A DNA stretch of 64,000 nucleotides from assembly GCA_002390285.1 (NCBI GenBank), contig DGPB01000009.1, positions 89,454 to 153,453 of the forward strand, in the 5' to 3' direction. The stretch comes from Cellvibrionales bacterium UBA4451 (GTDB taxonomy: Bacteria; Pseudomonadota; Gammaproteobacteria; Pseudomonadales; Porticoccaceae). The position numbers were made by a program, and so were the translations under genes. Position 1 is the first letter of the stretch. Each line of letters starts with the position of its first letter. Under the pieces are notes generated by a model. That model made no database searches, was not told the DNA's origin, and saw only the letters and a program-made list of their open reading frames with translations. Shown here one piece after another: positions 53,205 to 62,929 of this stretch.

Positions 53205-54380
53205 TCAATACCCCCTACGCAGGGTTAATACAGTTATGTCATCAGGTACATCCTGACCCTGATGAATACCTAACCCCTCACAGATCGCTTCTATAGACGT
53301 ATCAGATTTAGCGATAGTGTCTGAAATAAATTGTTCTTTTTGCTTGAGGGTCTTGCCTGGCAAAATTTCAAGAACGCCATCAGACACAATAACCATAGCA
53401 AACTTATCAGGTAGCGCAATTTCTTGAACTTCCCATGTACAGTTACTAAAAATTCCTACGGGCTTGCCCTTACCCGGAAGAATTCGAACATCCCCATTGG
53501 TGACAAAAACCGGCATAGGCATATGAGCGGCTACGGAGTAACGAAGAAAATTTCGCTCCATATCAATACAGGCAGAGAATAATGTTAAGTGCTTATCCAA
53601 CCCCAACGCCATGATTTGCTTATTGATGTGCTCAATGAAGCCTTCGGGGGCTCTGGCGAACGCCTTATAATCATTTTGAGTAACATGGCGACGCAAAATA
53701 CGATTCAGAATGAATTTCAGCAATACCGTCAGAAATGCAGACGAGGCTCCATGACCAGAAACATCCGCCACATAAAGCACCATATAGCGATCGAAAATGA
53801 CGTTATAACCAACGAAGTCACCACTAAGATAAAGTGACGGTTCTATATGATGCGCAATCTCATAATCACCATGAATCATAGGTGTAACGGGTAATAGGCT
53901 GTTCTGTACTTGGCGCCCGGCTATTTGATCCTGTTCAAGAATACGAAAGCTTTCCCGGAGGTTACGATTGGCCATTTCCAGTTGCTCGCGATACTGACGA
54001 TTCTGGACGATTAAGCTTTTATAGTTGGACGCCCTCTCAATCGCCTGACGAAATCGTTCATCAGCAAAAGGCTTAATCAGTACATCTGATGCGTTATTAT
54101 GAAAAAACTTTGCGACTTCGCGAGGGTCAACCTCGGGGAGAATGGCCACATAGGCCGTATCGGTGTCCTGACTGGGGAGAAGACCAAACTTTTCTTGCAT
54201 GAAGTCTAGAGGCAGATCGACCACAACCACACGCGGGTGTTCTGCCTCAATTTTCTCTAGCGCTTCATCTGGGTTGTCAAACTTTGAAACATCCCAATTC
54301 GTCTCGGCTAGATAATTTTCCAGTATCTGACAATGCTCTATACTGTCAGCAACAATGAAAAGTTTGCTGTTCTTATCCAT
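53205..54380 (-). CDS. Response regulator with PP2C/SpoIIE phosphatase domain (RssB-like)
   Basis: Receiver 'VVVDL...DVLIKP', 'DQIAGRQVQ', 'LSGDF', 'ADVSGHG', 'SDGVLE', 'DDIT'. Confidence 0.88.
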   Translation of the reverse strand: MDKNSKLFIVADSIEHCQILENYLAETNWDVSKFDNPDEALEKIEAEHPRVVVVDLPLDFMQEKFGLLPSQDTDTAYVAILPEVDPREVAKFFHNNASDVLIKPFADERFRQAIERASNYKSLIVQNRQYREQLEMANRNLRESFRILEQDQIAGRQVQNSLLPVTPMIHGDYEIAHHIEPSLYLSGDFVGYNVIFDRYMVLYVADVSGHGASSAFLTVLLKFILNRILRRHVTQNDYKAFARAPEGFIEHINKQIMALGLDKHLTLFSACIDMERNFLRYSVAAHMPMPVFVTNGDVRILPGKGKPVGIFSNCTWEVQEIALPDKFAMVIVSDGVLEILPGKTLKQKEQFISDTIAKSDTSIEAICEGLGIHQGQDVPDDITVLTLRRGY

Positions 54381-54497
54381 AGGTAATCCAGGATCGAGAT
54401 CCAATAGGCTAGAGACTCACTCCCTGCCCCGTTTAAATTTTTTCTCAATTCCTGGTAGTGCTAGCTGATAGTAGTGTTAGTTAAAAATAGTCTCTTA

Positions 54498-55199
54498 CTA
54501 TTCTTCGCCATATTCACCAAAATCGTCTTCTACATTACCATCCTTGAGTAAAAATTCGCGGTGTTGTAGATAAGCGTCTCGAATGAAACTGTACTTGTCG
54601 CCAGTAATCAGCTCTTCGGCCTTCAACAATTGAGCACGCAAAGAAATGATTTCAAGCCCGTAAACTGCGTTCCGAGTTGGAACGTGGTCAATTTCATTGA
54701 TCGGATTAACCAGCTGGTCAACGATTTTGGCAGGGCCATCACGTAATGTACTTGGTCCAAACAGTGGAATCACAATATAGGGGCCACTACCTACACCCCA
54801 GGCACCTAGTGTTTGACCAAAGTCTTCACCAGCACTCTTTGGCATACCAGCATGCTGAGCAACATCAAAAAAACCAACCAAACCGACGGTGGTGTTTACT
54901 AGGAAGCGCCCCGTATCATTACCGGCCTGACGGAACTTGCCCTGAAGAATGTCATTCATGACATTAACGATCTCACCCACATTAGAAAACATTCTCCCAA
55001 TACCGTCTTCAACCGGATCAGGTGTCACTGCACGGTATCCCTTGGCCACGGGCTTCAGTGCATAGGTATCCAGTGTGTCATTGAATACATACACCTTCCG
55101 GTTAAAACCTTCCCATGGATCTTCAGGAATACCAGTTGTTTCAGCCAAAACTTGATTCGACAGCAATATTCCCGTCAGCAGCAACATGGTCCACTTCAT
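54498..55199 (-). CDS. mlaA: VacJ/MlaA-family outer membrane lipid asymmetry protein
   Basis: DPWEGFNR, RFLVNTTVG, EDFGQTLG, LFGPSTLRD; no clear lipobox Cys seen. Confidence 0.9.
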   Translation of the reverse strand: MKWTMLLLTGILLSNQVLAETTGIPEDPWEGFNRKVYVFNDTLDTYALKPVAKGYRAVTPDPVEDGIGRMFSNVGEIVNVMNDILQGKFRQAGNDTGRFLVNTTVGLVGFFDVAQHAGMPKSAGEDFGQTLGAWGVGSGPYIVIPLFGPSTLRDGPAKIVDQLVNPINEIDHVPTRNAVYGLEIISLRAQLLKAEELITGDKYSFIRDAYLQHREFLLKDGNVEDDFGEYGEE

Positions 55200-55399
55200 T
55201 GGGCGACTCCCCTTGTTTTCTATTGTTAAAGCTCTAATGGCTTTTATGGTTACAGCGAATCCGGCCAATTCTACACGCTCCGCTTTTTCAGGTATAGCGC
55301 AAGATGAGCATGAAAATCATAGTAAACCTTGGTTTTGGATAGAAAGTAGGCAAATGCTGGCATCAATCCGCTTTAAATTAGGCCTATAGCGTAATACCT

Positions 55400-55433
55400 C
55401 CGTCATAAAACTGACATATTCGTAACAGACAAT
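55400..55433 (+). promoter_or_regulatory. Pho box (PhoB site) plus -10 element upstream of the porin
   Basis: CCGTCAT-AAAA-CTGACAT (16/18 to CTGTCATAAAACTGTCAT), then a 10-nt spacer and GACAAT. Confidence 0.75.
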
Positions 55434-55538
55434 GCGTGCATGGTTCTGATGGGACGGCCCATATTGACCCTGTACTAGCCACTACTACGGCTAATGATTT
55501 TACTCACAACCCCATAAATAAGGATTGGAGTCAAAAAA

Positions 55539-56750
55539 ATGAAAAGTACCGCACTTTACTTAGCTGTTGCTGCACTATCCACAAGCCCCGCTGTGTTTGC
55601 TGACACAGACCAGGCGACCCTAAATGAATTAAAAACCCAGATCGCTGCATTAACCGAGCGCCTGAACCAAATGGAAGTAAAAACCGAGAGCACAGCCACT
55701 GCTGTTGCTGCCAGGCCAGATTCCTGGGCTGACAAAATTGTTTGGAACGGTGACTTTCGCTACCGTTACGAAACCATTGATGACGATCGAAAAGACGATG
55801 ATAGAAGGCGTAATCGTATTCGTGCCCGCATGGGCCTGACAGCTCAAGTCAGCGATGACGTAAAAGCGGGTGTTGGATTGGCTACGGGTGAGGATGACCC
55901 TGTCTCGACTAACCAAACGCTCGGCTCAGCTGGTACATCAAAAGGCATCCAACTGGATACGGCATGGATTGACTGGGGTTTTGCCGAAAACCTTCATCTT
56001 GTCGGCGGTAAAACCAAAAACCCTTACTATCAAGTCGCCAAAAATGGTTTGTTATGGGATGGTGATTACCGTCCTGAAGGCGCACATGTTTCTTTCGATA
56101 ACGGCACCGTATGGGCTGTTGCCGGCTACCACTTCCTAAACAGTGACAATGGCAGTAATGGCGACAAAGACACTGAAGAGATGATGGGTGTCCAATTAGG
56201 CTATAACGGTAAAATTTCTGACAACGCGACGTTCAAGGTCGGCGGAAGCTACTTTTACATCCCAGTGGCAGGATCAACAAATGCTGGACAAATCCTGATT
56301 GATGAAGATAACGGATTTGGTAACACGCTGGATGGAAATGGTAACTACGCATTCGATTATGAACTTTTGGAAATTTTTGCCGAGTTCAACACGAAGCTTG
56401 CTGGTATTCCCACTACCTTCTTTACTGACTATGTTAAAAACAATGATGCAGACGAAGATACCGGTTATGCCGCTGGCGTGACCTTAGGAAAAGTGAAGAA
56501 CAAAGGGGACTGGGAGGTCGGTTATACCTATCAGGATTTGGAAGCTGATGCCGTGTTTGCGGTATTTACCGATTCTGATTTTGGCGGGGGCGGCACCGAT
56601 GTCAAAGGTCATATGCTTAAAGCCGCTTACGGTATAAGTAAAAACACTGCTCTCGCGATTACTTACTTATCGAATGAGTACGGTGATTTCACCCGCGGTG
56701 AAGAATTTGACTTTGATCGTCTTCAAATTGACCTCAAGACCAAGTTCTAA
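55539..56750 (+). CDS. Putative porin (Porin_5-like)
   Basis: Signal peptide, coiled-coil N-terminus, 'GDFRYRYE', 'RRNRIRARMG', 'SDFGGGGTD', terminal Phe. Confidence 0.88.
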   Translation: MKSTALYLAVAALSTSPAVFADTDQATLNELKTQIAALTERLNQMEVKTESTATAVAARPDSWADKIVWNGDFRYRYETIDDDRKDDDRRRNRIRARMGLTAQVSDDVKAGVGLATGEDDPVSTNQTLGSAGTSKGIQLDTAWIDWGFAENLHLVGGKTKNPYYQVAKNGLLWDGDYRPEGAHVSFDNGTVWAVAGYHFLNSDNGSNGDKDTEEMMGVQLGYNGKISDNATFKVGGSYFYIPVAGSTNAGQILIDEDNGFGNTLDGNGNYAFDYELLEIFAEFNTKLAGIPTTFFTDYVKNNDADEDTGYAAGVTLGKVKNKGDWEVGYTYQDLEADAVFAVFTDSDFGGGGTDVKGHMLKAAYGISKNTALAITYLSNEYGDFTRGEEFDFDRLQIDLKTKF

Positions 56751-56802
56751 TCAACATAAAAGAAAGTCAGGTGTAGTTTAACGACTACAAAATGATGTTA
56801 AG

Positions 56803-56830
56803 AAAACGGCCCAACCGGGCCGTTTTTTTT
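56803..56830. terminator. Bidirectional terminator
   Basis: AAAACGGCCC-AACC-GGGCCGTTTTTTTT. Confidence 0.88.
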
Positions 56831-56853
56831 CGGACCGCTTTTTGTGTAGAACG

Positions 56854-57603
56854 TTAGACTGAAATCACTATATCGAGTGAATGTAACTTTGTCAGAATAC
56901 CTTCGCCGAAGCTAATCACTGAAGCAGGCTCGTCGGCCTGTAACTCATCCGCAAGCAACAATAGTGCTGCCCTACCCGTAATCTGTTGCTCTTCAATCAA
57001 CTGCAATAGTCGCGTGGTCACGGCATTGACTTCGAGAAATTTCACTTCATGGCCACGATTGCGATAAACCACAAGATAGGTCGGCTCCTCAGGAGGCTTC
57101 TCTGGTAGATATGCAGGGCCTATTCTGTGTACGGGGTACTGGTAGGATAGTCGCCAAGCCAGTGGTGACACCTCAAACGTAGAAGACAGGATATCACCAA
57201 CGTGTCCTGTCACTTCAGGAAACTCTGCTGTGGAGACATCGAGTGCCAACTCAACCCATTCGTAGTGAGTGAGCTCAAGCATAAACAGTGGATCCTCAAC
57301 ATGCTGACCACGCTCTTCTTGTAAATACCGCAAAAACTCCTGACTTATTTCTAAAAAATAAGGCGTATGACTCTGGTGTCGACTAACAAAGTCTCTGACC
57401 ATTGTGTGCCAATGATCCTCCTCAAACAGGCTGCGCAGGATAGGAAAACCGGTGCTTAAAAAGGATTCGATATTGTTGTATATAAGATCACGGTAAATAT
57501 TCATCCGACGATCTTCGATATCAGCGGGAGCTGGATTCACTAACGGATCACGAAGGTAGGCGGCAAAATCATATTGAGTCTGCTGAAAACTATTAACTGA
57601 CAT
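56854..57603 (-). CDS. DUF2063-domain RiPP maturation partner (HvfC-like)
   Basis: 'FAAYLRDP', 'RRMNIYRDLIYNNIE', 'HQSHTPYFLEISQEF', 'ELTHYEWVEL'. Confidence 0.88.
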   Translation of the reverse strand: MSVNSFQQTQYDFAAYLRDPLVNPAPADIEDRRMNIYRDLIYNNIESFLSTGFPILRSLFEEDHWHTMVRDFVSRHQSHTPYFLEISQEFLRYLQEERGQHVEDPLFMLELTHYEWVELALDVSTAEFPEVTGHVGDILSSTFEVSPLAWRLSYQYPVHRIGPAYLPEKPPEEPTYLVVYRNRGHEVKFLEVNAVTTRLLQLIEEQQITGRAALLLLADELQADEPASVISFGEGILTKLHSLDIVISV

Positions 57604-58477
57604 GTTGCGCCCTAGCCACTTCAGCTGGCTCGCCTAATGTAGGACTTATCACTGCATAGTCCGCTTGCAATACTTTAATCTGCGCAACCTCAGCCATTAA
57701 TTCATGGACAGGAGGAAAGTTAAAGTCACGCTCAAGCAAAGTCGGCATAACACCAAATAGCGCGTAGGCTTTGCCAAGTAATTGCCATACCGGATCAATA
57801 ACATCCGCACCGTGGGTGTCTACCAGCAAATCCTCTGCTTCCTGATAGTGACCCGCCATATGGACATAAGCTATTCGATCACCCGGCAAACCGCCAAGGA
57901 ACTGCTCCGCGTCATAACGATGATTGATACTATTCACGTAGATATTGTTCACATCTAATAGAAAATCACAGTCAGCCTGCTCTATTACGGCATTAATGAA
58001 ATCAATTTCAGTCATTTCCTGCTGAGGAGCACCGTAATAAGACACATTTTCCATCGCAATTCGCTGACCAAGAAAATCCTGAACCTGTCGAATACGATCC
58101 GCTGTGTAGCGAACGGCCTCTTCAGTAAAAGGAATAGGCATTAAGTCATAGAGATGAGCTGTGTCGCTGCAATAACTTAAATGTTCTGAATAACAACGAA
58201 TCTGATGCTCATTAATAAACTGTTTAATTTGACCCAATAAATCAAAATCTAAAGGAGCAGGAGACCCAATGGATAGAGATAAACCATGACAATTAAAAGG
58301 GAAACGCTCAGTGTACGCACGAAATTGTTTTCCGAAGCGCCCACCAACATTAATCCAGTTTTCTGGGGCCACCTCCATAAAATCCACCTGTTCGGTGGAG
58401 ACAGAAGACAACGGGCCCATCAGGGCCCGCCTCAATCCTACTCCCGCGCCTAGCACTGGGAATTGGCTGTTACTCAT
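57593..58477 (-). CDS. DUF692 multinuclear non-heme iron oxidative enzyme (HvfB-like MNIO)
   Basis: GVGLRR, EVAPENW, HGLSLSIG, SEHLSY, MENVSYY, LLDVNN, HMAGH, DTHG, LLERD. Confidence 0.93.
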   Translation of the reverse strand: MSNSQFPVLGAGVGLRRALMGPLSSVSTEQVDFMEVAPENWINVGGRFGKQFRAYTERFPFNCHGLSLSIGSPAPLDFDLLGQIKQFINEHQIRCYSEHLSYCSDTAHLYDLMPIPFTEEAVRYTADRIRQVQDFLGQRIAMENVSYYGAPQQEMTEIDFINAVIEQADCDFLLDVNNIYVNSINHRYDAEQFLGGLPGDRIAYVHMAGHYQEAEDLLVDTHGADVIDPVWQLLGKAYALFGVMPTLLERDFNFPPVHELMAEVAQIKVLQADYAVISPTLGEPAEVARAQHVS

Positions 58478-58498
58478 ATCAAACCTCAACAGTGGCTA

Positions 58499-58903
58499 TT
58501 ACTCTTTACCGCCACACTTACCTTCCATAGCAGACTTACCTTCCTCTGCGGCTTTATCCATTCCTTCACCACACTTACCTTCTTTCATGGCCTTGCCTTT
58601 ATTTGCTCCGCACTTGCCTTCACCGCATTTACCTTCTTTTGCAGCTTTGCCCATACCTTCGCCGCACTTACCTTCTTTAGCGGCTTTACCCATACCTTCA
58701 CCACATTTACCTTCTTTAGCGGCTTTGTCCATATTCCCGCCGCATTTTCCTTCGCCATGAGAATCTGCCAAGTTGTAACCTGAACTTAACTCATTAGCCT
58801 GAAAAGGGTTTTCAGCAGCAGAAGCCATAGGCGAAATTGCAACAGATACCATAAACGCTGCACCAACAGCAGCAGCCAATGGTTTTAGATTGTACTTTGA
58901 CAT
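58499..58903 (-). CDS. EGKCG-repeat RiPP precursor (HvfA/oxazolin-like)
   Basis: Signal peptide, 'ENPFQANELSSGY' leader-like segment, 7x EGKCG plus 1x EGKSA; GGAG RBS before ATG 58903. Confidence 0.92.
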   Translation of the reverse strand: MSKYNLKPLAAAVGAAFMVSVAISPMASAAENPFQANELSSGYNLADSHGEGKCGGNMDKAAKEGKCGEGMGKAAKEGKCGEGMGKAAKEGKCGEGKCGANKGKAMKEGKCGEGMDKAAEEGKSAMEGKCGGKE

Positions 58904-58966
58904 AGTGATCTCCATAAAAGTTTGTATTTAATGTTATTGAATGGTCTGTCCAGGCGGCAGTGTGTC

Positions 58967-58996
58967 TATGACCGAGTATTCCAAATTAAGTTTCAG
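58967..58996 (-). promoter_or_regulatory. Putative ECF/sigmaE-type promoter of the RiPP operon
   Basis: TGAAACTT-N16-TCATA on minus strand. Confidence 0.4.
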
Positions 58997-59050
58997 CGTA
59001 AAGATTAATACTAAGGTGTCACCTCAATCATAAAAATAAATACTCGCTTG

Positions 59051-62000
59051 TTAGGCAGACAATATGGGCTTCAGTTCCTTCCAGTGGGCCTCAATACGCT
59101 TTCCCGAAATAGGAAACACTGTCTTTAGCTGCTGGGCGAAAAGTGAAACCCGATATTCCTGTAGCATAAATCGATGCTGCCAAACTTCATGCTTCACCTC
59201 AAAGGAGAAATCATTCCAGCGAGCATCGTACTCTATTAATCGCTGCTCCAGTTTGTCTAAAGCCAGTACCAATTCTCTATCTTTTTGGGGCTGTACTGGG
59301 AGTTTTTCCAATCGTACCAATAACGCTTTTAGGTAACGCTGATACTGCTGCAACCACAAGATCGGTACTCGAACTAAAAATTCTTTAGCAAACAGTGTGG
59401 CCAGCTGATGGTTGATATCTCCTACGGCATGGACAGCGGTTAACCCCTGTTTTTTTATCGCCTTACGAATTTCTGATAATAATGGCAACCAAGAAATTAA
59501 TAACGCTTCCAGCTCATTGGCAAAACCCACTACGCCACTCTTACCCTCTGTAAGATGTAACTCGAATGCTTGCTGGGTTCGGGGGATGGGTTTGTTTTCG
59601 ATCAGCGCCAGAAAATAGGCCGCATCAATTATAGATAGAGCCAATGCCTCCTTACCCGGTAACCCTGCTGCCTTAAGCTGTAAGTCAGCGCCTTTTAATA
59701 ATTGCTTGCGAAGATATTTGTCAGGCTCAGGACAAACCAATTTATATAATGTCACCAAGCCATCGAGTGTATTGTTGGCTGCTGTTGTTGGACTATCCAA
59801 TAGTTTCAGATTAACCTGATTCTGCTCAACAACTAGTGCCGGATAAGTCCGAATAGTTAAACCCTGCTGCTTAATGGAAAAGACTTCCGGTAACTCGCCA
59901 AAGTCCCACTGATCTAGATTGGTTCGCTCGATCGTATTGGCTATAGGCTGACCTAATGTCTTAGTAACCTGACCACGGTATTGCGCTTTCAACGCGGCTA
60001 GGTCCCGGCTCATGGTGAGAACCTGATTATTCTCATCGACCAGTTTAATATTCAATCCATAGACATCGTCCACGGCGACCTGCTGCCAGCTTTCTGGAGA
60101 AACGTCCACACTGACTTGTCGCTTGAGCTGTAAACCCAGAGCCTCTGTCAATGGTGTGTCACTGGGCGTTAATGAGACCAGTGCTTTGTCCACGTGAGTT
60201 GGTACCGGAACAAAATGACGACGAAGTGCTTTTGGCAGCCCTTTAACTAAGGCAATACACTTGTCTCTCAGCATCCCGGGGACCAGCCAATCAAAATGGT
60301 ACAATGGCACCTGATGCAGAATGCTGACGGGAACGGTAACACTGACCCCATCTTCTGGATGCCCCGGCTCGAAGTGATAACTGAGAGGGTAATGTGTGCC
60401 CTGCCATTCGATATGATCAGGAAACTGTGATTCTGTATTATCCGTAAGTTGCCGCTGTGCCAGCAGTTCAATATCCATGTTGAGTAGTTCCGGCTGACTT
60501 TTTTCTGCCGCCTTACGCCAATGCTCAAATCCTGCAAGATTAATGACGTCCGCAGGAACTAGCTCATTATAAAAATCATATAAAGTCTCGTCATCAACCA
60601 GAATATCCCTACGCCGGGTCCTGGACTCAATATCCTGTAAGCTATCTTGAAGCTGTTGATTATGTCGAAAAAAACGACCCTTTCCTCGATATTCACCCTC
60701 TACCAGTGCGGCCCGAATAAACAGTTCCCGACACAATGATGGGTTTATCTTGCCATAGTTACAGGGTTGTTTTTCCACAATAGGCAGACCATACAGAGTC
60801 TGTTTTTCATAGGCCATAACCTGACCATTCCGAGCACTATAGTGAGGCTCGCTGTAACTCTTTTTTATAAGGTGAGCAGCCAAACTAGAGAGCCACTCCG
60901 GGTCAATAGAGGCATTGTGGTGACTGTATAAACGAGAGGTTTCGAGCATCTCTGCTGCCATCAACCATTTAGGTGGCTTGTTCTGTAGCCCTGAAGCGGG
61001 GAACACATGAAATTTACGGTTCCGGGTACCCAAATATTCTTTATTTTCATGGCGGAAACCAATTTGTCCTAGAAGGCCACTCAGAAGAGCCCGATGAATC
61101 GACGGATAGTCAGCGGGTTGATGATTATCTTCTAGCTTCAGTTCCCGGCAGGCACTGTGTAGTTGATGATGTAAATCACGCCATTCCCGCATACGAAGAG
61201 GAGAAATAAATTGTCGACGACAGTATTTATCAAACTGGCTGCGATTTAATGCTTGGCGCTGTTCTTCAAAGTGCTGCCACAAATTTAACAGCACCACAAA
61301 ATCAGATTCTTTATCCTGCCATTGACGATGCTTTTCATCCGCAGCTTGTTGTTTATCCGCGGGGCGCTCACGAGGATCCTGAACGCTCAAGGCAGAGACG
61401 ATCACTAACACTTCTCTGAGCGCGCCTTCCTTCGCTGCAGCCATCAGCATTCGGCCCATTCTTGGATCAACCGGAATACGGCACAGTTGTCGTCCAATCG
61501 GTGTTAATTCACCGCGACTGTTGACTGCCTGTAATTCCGTCAACAGGCTAAACCCATCATTGATTAGCCGGTGATCCGGTGCCTCCACGAAGGGAAAGTC
61601 ACGGATATCCCCAATACGCATGTGAAGCATTTTCAAAATGACTGAGGCTAAGTTGGTACGGATAATTTCCGGATCGGTAAATTCGGGACGGTTACAAAAA
61701 TCTTCCTCGCTATAAAGACGAAAACAAACCCCTTCACTGATCCGGCCACAGCGACCCATACGCTGGTTCGCACTGGCTTGCGATATCGCTTCAATGGGTA
61801 ATCGTTGAACTTTGGTTCTATAACTATAGCGACTCACCCTCGCTGTACCGGGGTCAATCACATAGCGAATACCCGGCACCGTCAGCGAGGTTTCAGCCAC
61901 GTTCGTCGCCAGTACAACTCTAATACCCTTGTGCGGCTTAAATACTTTGGTCTGTTCCGACAGACTAAGTCGAGCATAGAGTGGCACGACCTCCACATGT

Positions 62001-62926
62001 GGCAATTGGGCATGACGAAGCGCATTCGCTGTTTCACGAATTTCTCGTTCACCACTGTGGAATACCAAAATATCACCGCGTTTCGGTAACGCTAAAATAC
62101 TCTCAACGGTATGCAGTACCGTCTGTGCGAGGTCACGATCCTCATCCATAGGGTGATAGCTGAGTTCTACTGGATGGGTCCGACCAGACACTTCGATAAC
62201 GGGAGCATTATCAAAATGAACCGAAAAACGTTCCACATCGATGGTTGCTGAGGTAATAATTAATTTTAGATCGGGCCGTTGCGGCAAAATATTCTTTAAA
62301 TAGCCCAGTAGAAAATCGATATTCAGGCTACGCTCATGGGCCTCATCGATAATGATCGTATCGTAACGATTAAGGTAACGATCATGCTGAATTTCGGCCA
62401 GTAGAATACCGTCTGTCATCAGCTTGATCAGTGTGTTGTCACTGCGTACATCATTAAAGCGAACCTGATAGCCAACAGATTCCCCTAACGGTTGGTTCAA
62501 TTCCTCTGCAATACGGTTGGCCACTGTTCGCGCAGCAATCCGCCTGGGCTGAGTATGCCCAATCATTCCAGACACACCTCGTCCCAGTTCAAGACAAATT
62601 TTGGGTATCTGTGTGGTTTTTCCTGAACCGGTTTCACCCGCGATAACTACTACCTGATGATGAGCAATGGCTTCACGAATCTCATCGCGCCGAGCGGCAA
62701 TGGGCAGTTCTTCGGGGTACTCTATGGCAGGCACGCTGTTCTTTCGAGCACAATACTTTTTCCGGGAGCGCTCCAACGCATCGGCAAATAGTTTCAGCTC
62801 TCGATCAAAGGGTTTCCCCTGTTTGACGCAGTGCTCGATTTGCCTCAGCTGCTGATTGAGACGAAAACGATCGATACTGAGGCACTCAGCAATACTGGCC
62901 TGCCAGGTCTTTAATTCATTTTGCAT
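59051..62926 (-). CDS. hrpA: ATP-dependent RNA helicase HrpA
   Basis: GETGSGKTTQ, DEAH, SAT, QRMGRCGR; long C-terminal extension. Confidence 0.97.
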   Translation of the reverse strand: MQNELKTWQASIAECLSIDRFRLNQQLRQIEHCVKQGKPFDRELKLFADALERSRKKYCARKNSVPAIEYPEELPIAARRDEIREAIAHHQVVVIAGETGSGKTTQIPKICLELGRGVSGMIGHTQPRRIAARTVANRIAEELNQPLGESVGYQVRFNDVRSDNTLIKLMTDGILLAEIQHDRYLNRYDTIIIDEAHERSLNIDFLLGYLKNILPQRPDLKLIITSATIDVERFSVHFDNAPVIEVSGRTHPVELSYHPMDEDRDLAQTVLHTVESILALPKRGDILVFHSGEREIRETANALRHAQLPHVEVVPLYARLSLSEQTKVFKPHKGIRVVLATNVAETSLTVPGIRYVIDPGTARVSRYSYRTKVQRLPIEAISQASANQRMGRCGRISEGVCFRLYSEEDFCNRPEFTDPEIIRTNLASVILKMLHMRIGDIRDFPFVEAPDHRLINDGFSLLTELQAVNSRGELTPIGRQLCRIPVDPRMGRMLMAAAKEGALREVLVIVSALSVQDPRERPADKQQAADEKHRQWQDKESDFVVLLNLWQHFEEQRQALNRSQFDKYCRRQFISPLRMREWRDLHHQLHSACRELKLEDNHQPADYPSIHRALLSGLLGQIGFRHENKEYLGTRNRKFHVFPASGLQNKPPKWLMAAEMLETSRLYSHHNASIDPEWLSSLAAHLIKKSYSEPHYSARNGQVMAYEKQTLYGLPIVEKQPCNYGKINPSLCRELFIRAALVEGEYRGKGRFFRHNQQLQDSLQDIESRTRRRDILVDDETLYDFYNELVPADVINLAGFEHWRKAAEKSQPELLNMDIELLAQRQLTDNTESQFPDHIEWQGTHYPLSYHFEPGHPEDGVSVTVPVSILHQVPLYHFDWLVPGMLRDKCIALVKGLPKALRRHFVPVPTHVDKALVSLTPSDTPLTEALGLQLKRQVSVDVSPESWQQVAVDDVYGLNIKLVDENNQVLTMSRDLAALKAQYRGQVTKTLGQPIANTIERTNLDQWDFGELPEVFSIKQQGLTIRTYPALVVEQNQVNLKLLDSPTTAANNTLDGLVTLYKLVCPEPDKYLRKQLLKGADLQLKAAGLPGKEALALSIIDAAYFLALIENKPIPRTQQAFELHLTEGKSGVVGFANELEALLISWLPLLSEIRKAIKKQGLTAVHAVGDINHQLATLFAKEFLVRVPILWLQQYQRYLKALLVRLEKLPVQPQKDRELVLALDKLEQRLIEYDARWNDFSFEVKHEVWQHRFMLQEYRVSLFAQQLKTVFPISGKRIEAHWKELKPILSA

Positions 62927-62929
62927 GGA

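Noticed and set aside
58499-58760. Regularly spaced ~39-bp repeats resembling a CRISPR array
   Set aside because: In-frame coding repeats of the EGKCG precursor; no unique spacers and no cas genes.
58311-58783. Plus-strand repetitive ORFs (PSPHLPS / FTTFTFF)
   Set aside because: Antisense shadows of the EGKCG repeats.
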